NCBI RefSeq assembly: GCF_009914755.1
Contig: NC_060925.1
Origin: the human T2T-CHM13v2.0 reference genome, Homo sapiens
Strand: one strand, 5' to 3'
DNA: 64,000 nucleotides
Position numbers and translations under genes: made by a program. Shown piece after piece: positions 62,640 to 64,000 of the stretch (the first letter of the stretch is position 1; each line of letters starts with the position of its first letter). The notes beneath the pieces are model-generated. The model was not told where the DNA came from and made no database searches. It saw nothing but the letters and a program-made list of their open reading frames with translations.

Positions 62640-63420
62640 ATTTGTACGTAAGACACCAGCTTTGTGGGCAGGTTCTGGAGATGCAGAGATAAAAGGCAGG
62701 CCCCTGCTCAGGCATCATGCGGTCTCCAGGGTACCTGGACTTGCCACAGGCACAATCCAGTGGGACCAGTGTGGTGACACAGTATGGGCTAAGGGAGCCC
62801 TAAGAAGGCACCTGACCCAGCTGGAGGATGTCTGGAATGTCTCCCAGAGGGAAGGAAATGGAGCTACATCCCGAGTTAAATCTTAGGCAGACACAGCCGG
62901 AGGAGCATGGGAAATGTCATTCTAGGGATGAGAAGCTGTGCGTGCAAAGGCCCAGGGTGAAGAGAGGGCAGGAAGTCTGAATTGAAAGCAGCCCAGTGTG
63001 GACGCAAGAGCCAGGAGGAAGGAAGACAACCTTCCTGGTGGGGATGTCACAGCCAAGCCTTGTTCTAGAGCAGAGCGCTGGGACACTGCGGGGTTTTGGT
63101 CAGAGAGAGCATGACTGGATTTGTGTTTTAGCAAGACCAGTCTGTGTGGACAACTCTGTACGAGGCAGGCTTGTGGGTAGGCAGGGAGATTGTCCATGGG
63201 GAGTTTGCAGTGGTCCAGGTAGGTGGACCAAGTCAGTGGCATCAGAGATGGAGAGAAGGGATTTAAAGATGTTTGTGAGGTTGAATTGACAGGACTTGAT
63301 TTGAGGGATAATATAGACAGAGAAATCCAAGAAGCCTCCCAGATCTTGGCCTTTAGGTGGTGGGCTTATAATGATATTGAGATTAGGGACATATGAAGAG
63401 AGGTGGGATTATGGAGGGCA
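62640..63420. mobile_element. L2/MIR-type ancient repeats (representative; other MIR/L2 fragments near 9.2, 28.2, 30.3, 31.4, 33.1, 34.3, 35.0, 52.1-52.6, 56.8, 57.4, 58.5 and 63.9 kb)
   Basis: L2-like ..gatttgtgttttag..gaattgacaggacttg.., and MIR cores (cctcagtttcctcatctataaa) elsewhere. Boundaries are approximate. Confidence 0.55.
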
Positions 63421-64000
63421 GCAGAGTAGAGTTATTCCCTCCCTGTGGTAGAAGGAGGAGTGAATCCGGGAAGTAGTGGCCATGGAGGGAGGCCCAGCTA
63501 GGACAGAGCTGCCCTGAGGGGCAGGTTGGAGGTAAGCAGGGAGGGGAGCAGAGCAAGGGTCTCAGGTAGCCCTAAGGTCTGCTGTGAGGCTGGAAAGACA
63601 ATAACTAAAGAGGGGAACAGAAGGCCCCAGAGGGAGATGGGCACCTGAGTTTGGAGCACTTGAGCCTGAGGCACCTGTGACACTTCAAGGGAGAGAGGGG
63701 GACATCAGAAGGTGGTTAAATATATGGATTTGGAAGGAAAGAGGACTGAGGTGGCACCAGGGCTGGGATCATCTCCCCAGGGGTGAGCAGCCATATCTCT
63801 AGAAGCTTGGTCACTGTCAGAGAAACTTCAGATACCAGTGGGTCCCATCCTCCCTTGTTCAAGTGGAAAAATAGGCCCAGAAATGGCAAGGAGCTAGTCC
63901 AAGGATCATACATACAGCTGGTTACTTGCAGAGCCAGGAAATAAGCCCAAAGCTGCTACCTCCCAAGCCAGGGCTTTAGCCCAACACCACCATGTCAATG

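Overview
This is primate genomic DNA, almost certainly human: it carries an SVA_F-type element, and the gene content matches the SKINT1L-SLC5A9 interval I recall at 1p33. The right end (51.4-62.5 kb, + strand) holds coding exons 1-9 of SLC5A9 (SGLT4, a sodium/sugar cotransporter). All splice junctions and phases were checked by hand; the gene continues beyond the window. It has an HNF1/HNF4-type promoter and an in-frame 75-nt cassette exon derived from a MIR. At 8.0 kb on the - strand is an intact-looking signal-peptide exon of the butyrophilin-like pseudogene SKINT1L. The rest is mostly transposon-derived: L1s, two SVAs with TSDs, a deleted MER50/HERV-FRD provirus with a syncytin-2-homologous env remnant, a two-LTR HERV-H provirus, solo LTRs, Alus, DNA-transposon fossils and a near-perfect BC200 (BCYRN1) retrocopy. 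I find no demonstrable new biological system. The best leads are TE-driven splicing or regulation hypotheses, listed under findings. Repeat family names come from remembered consensus sequences, not a database search.
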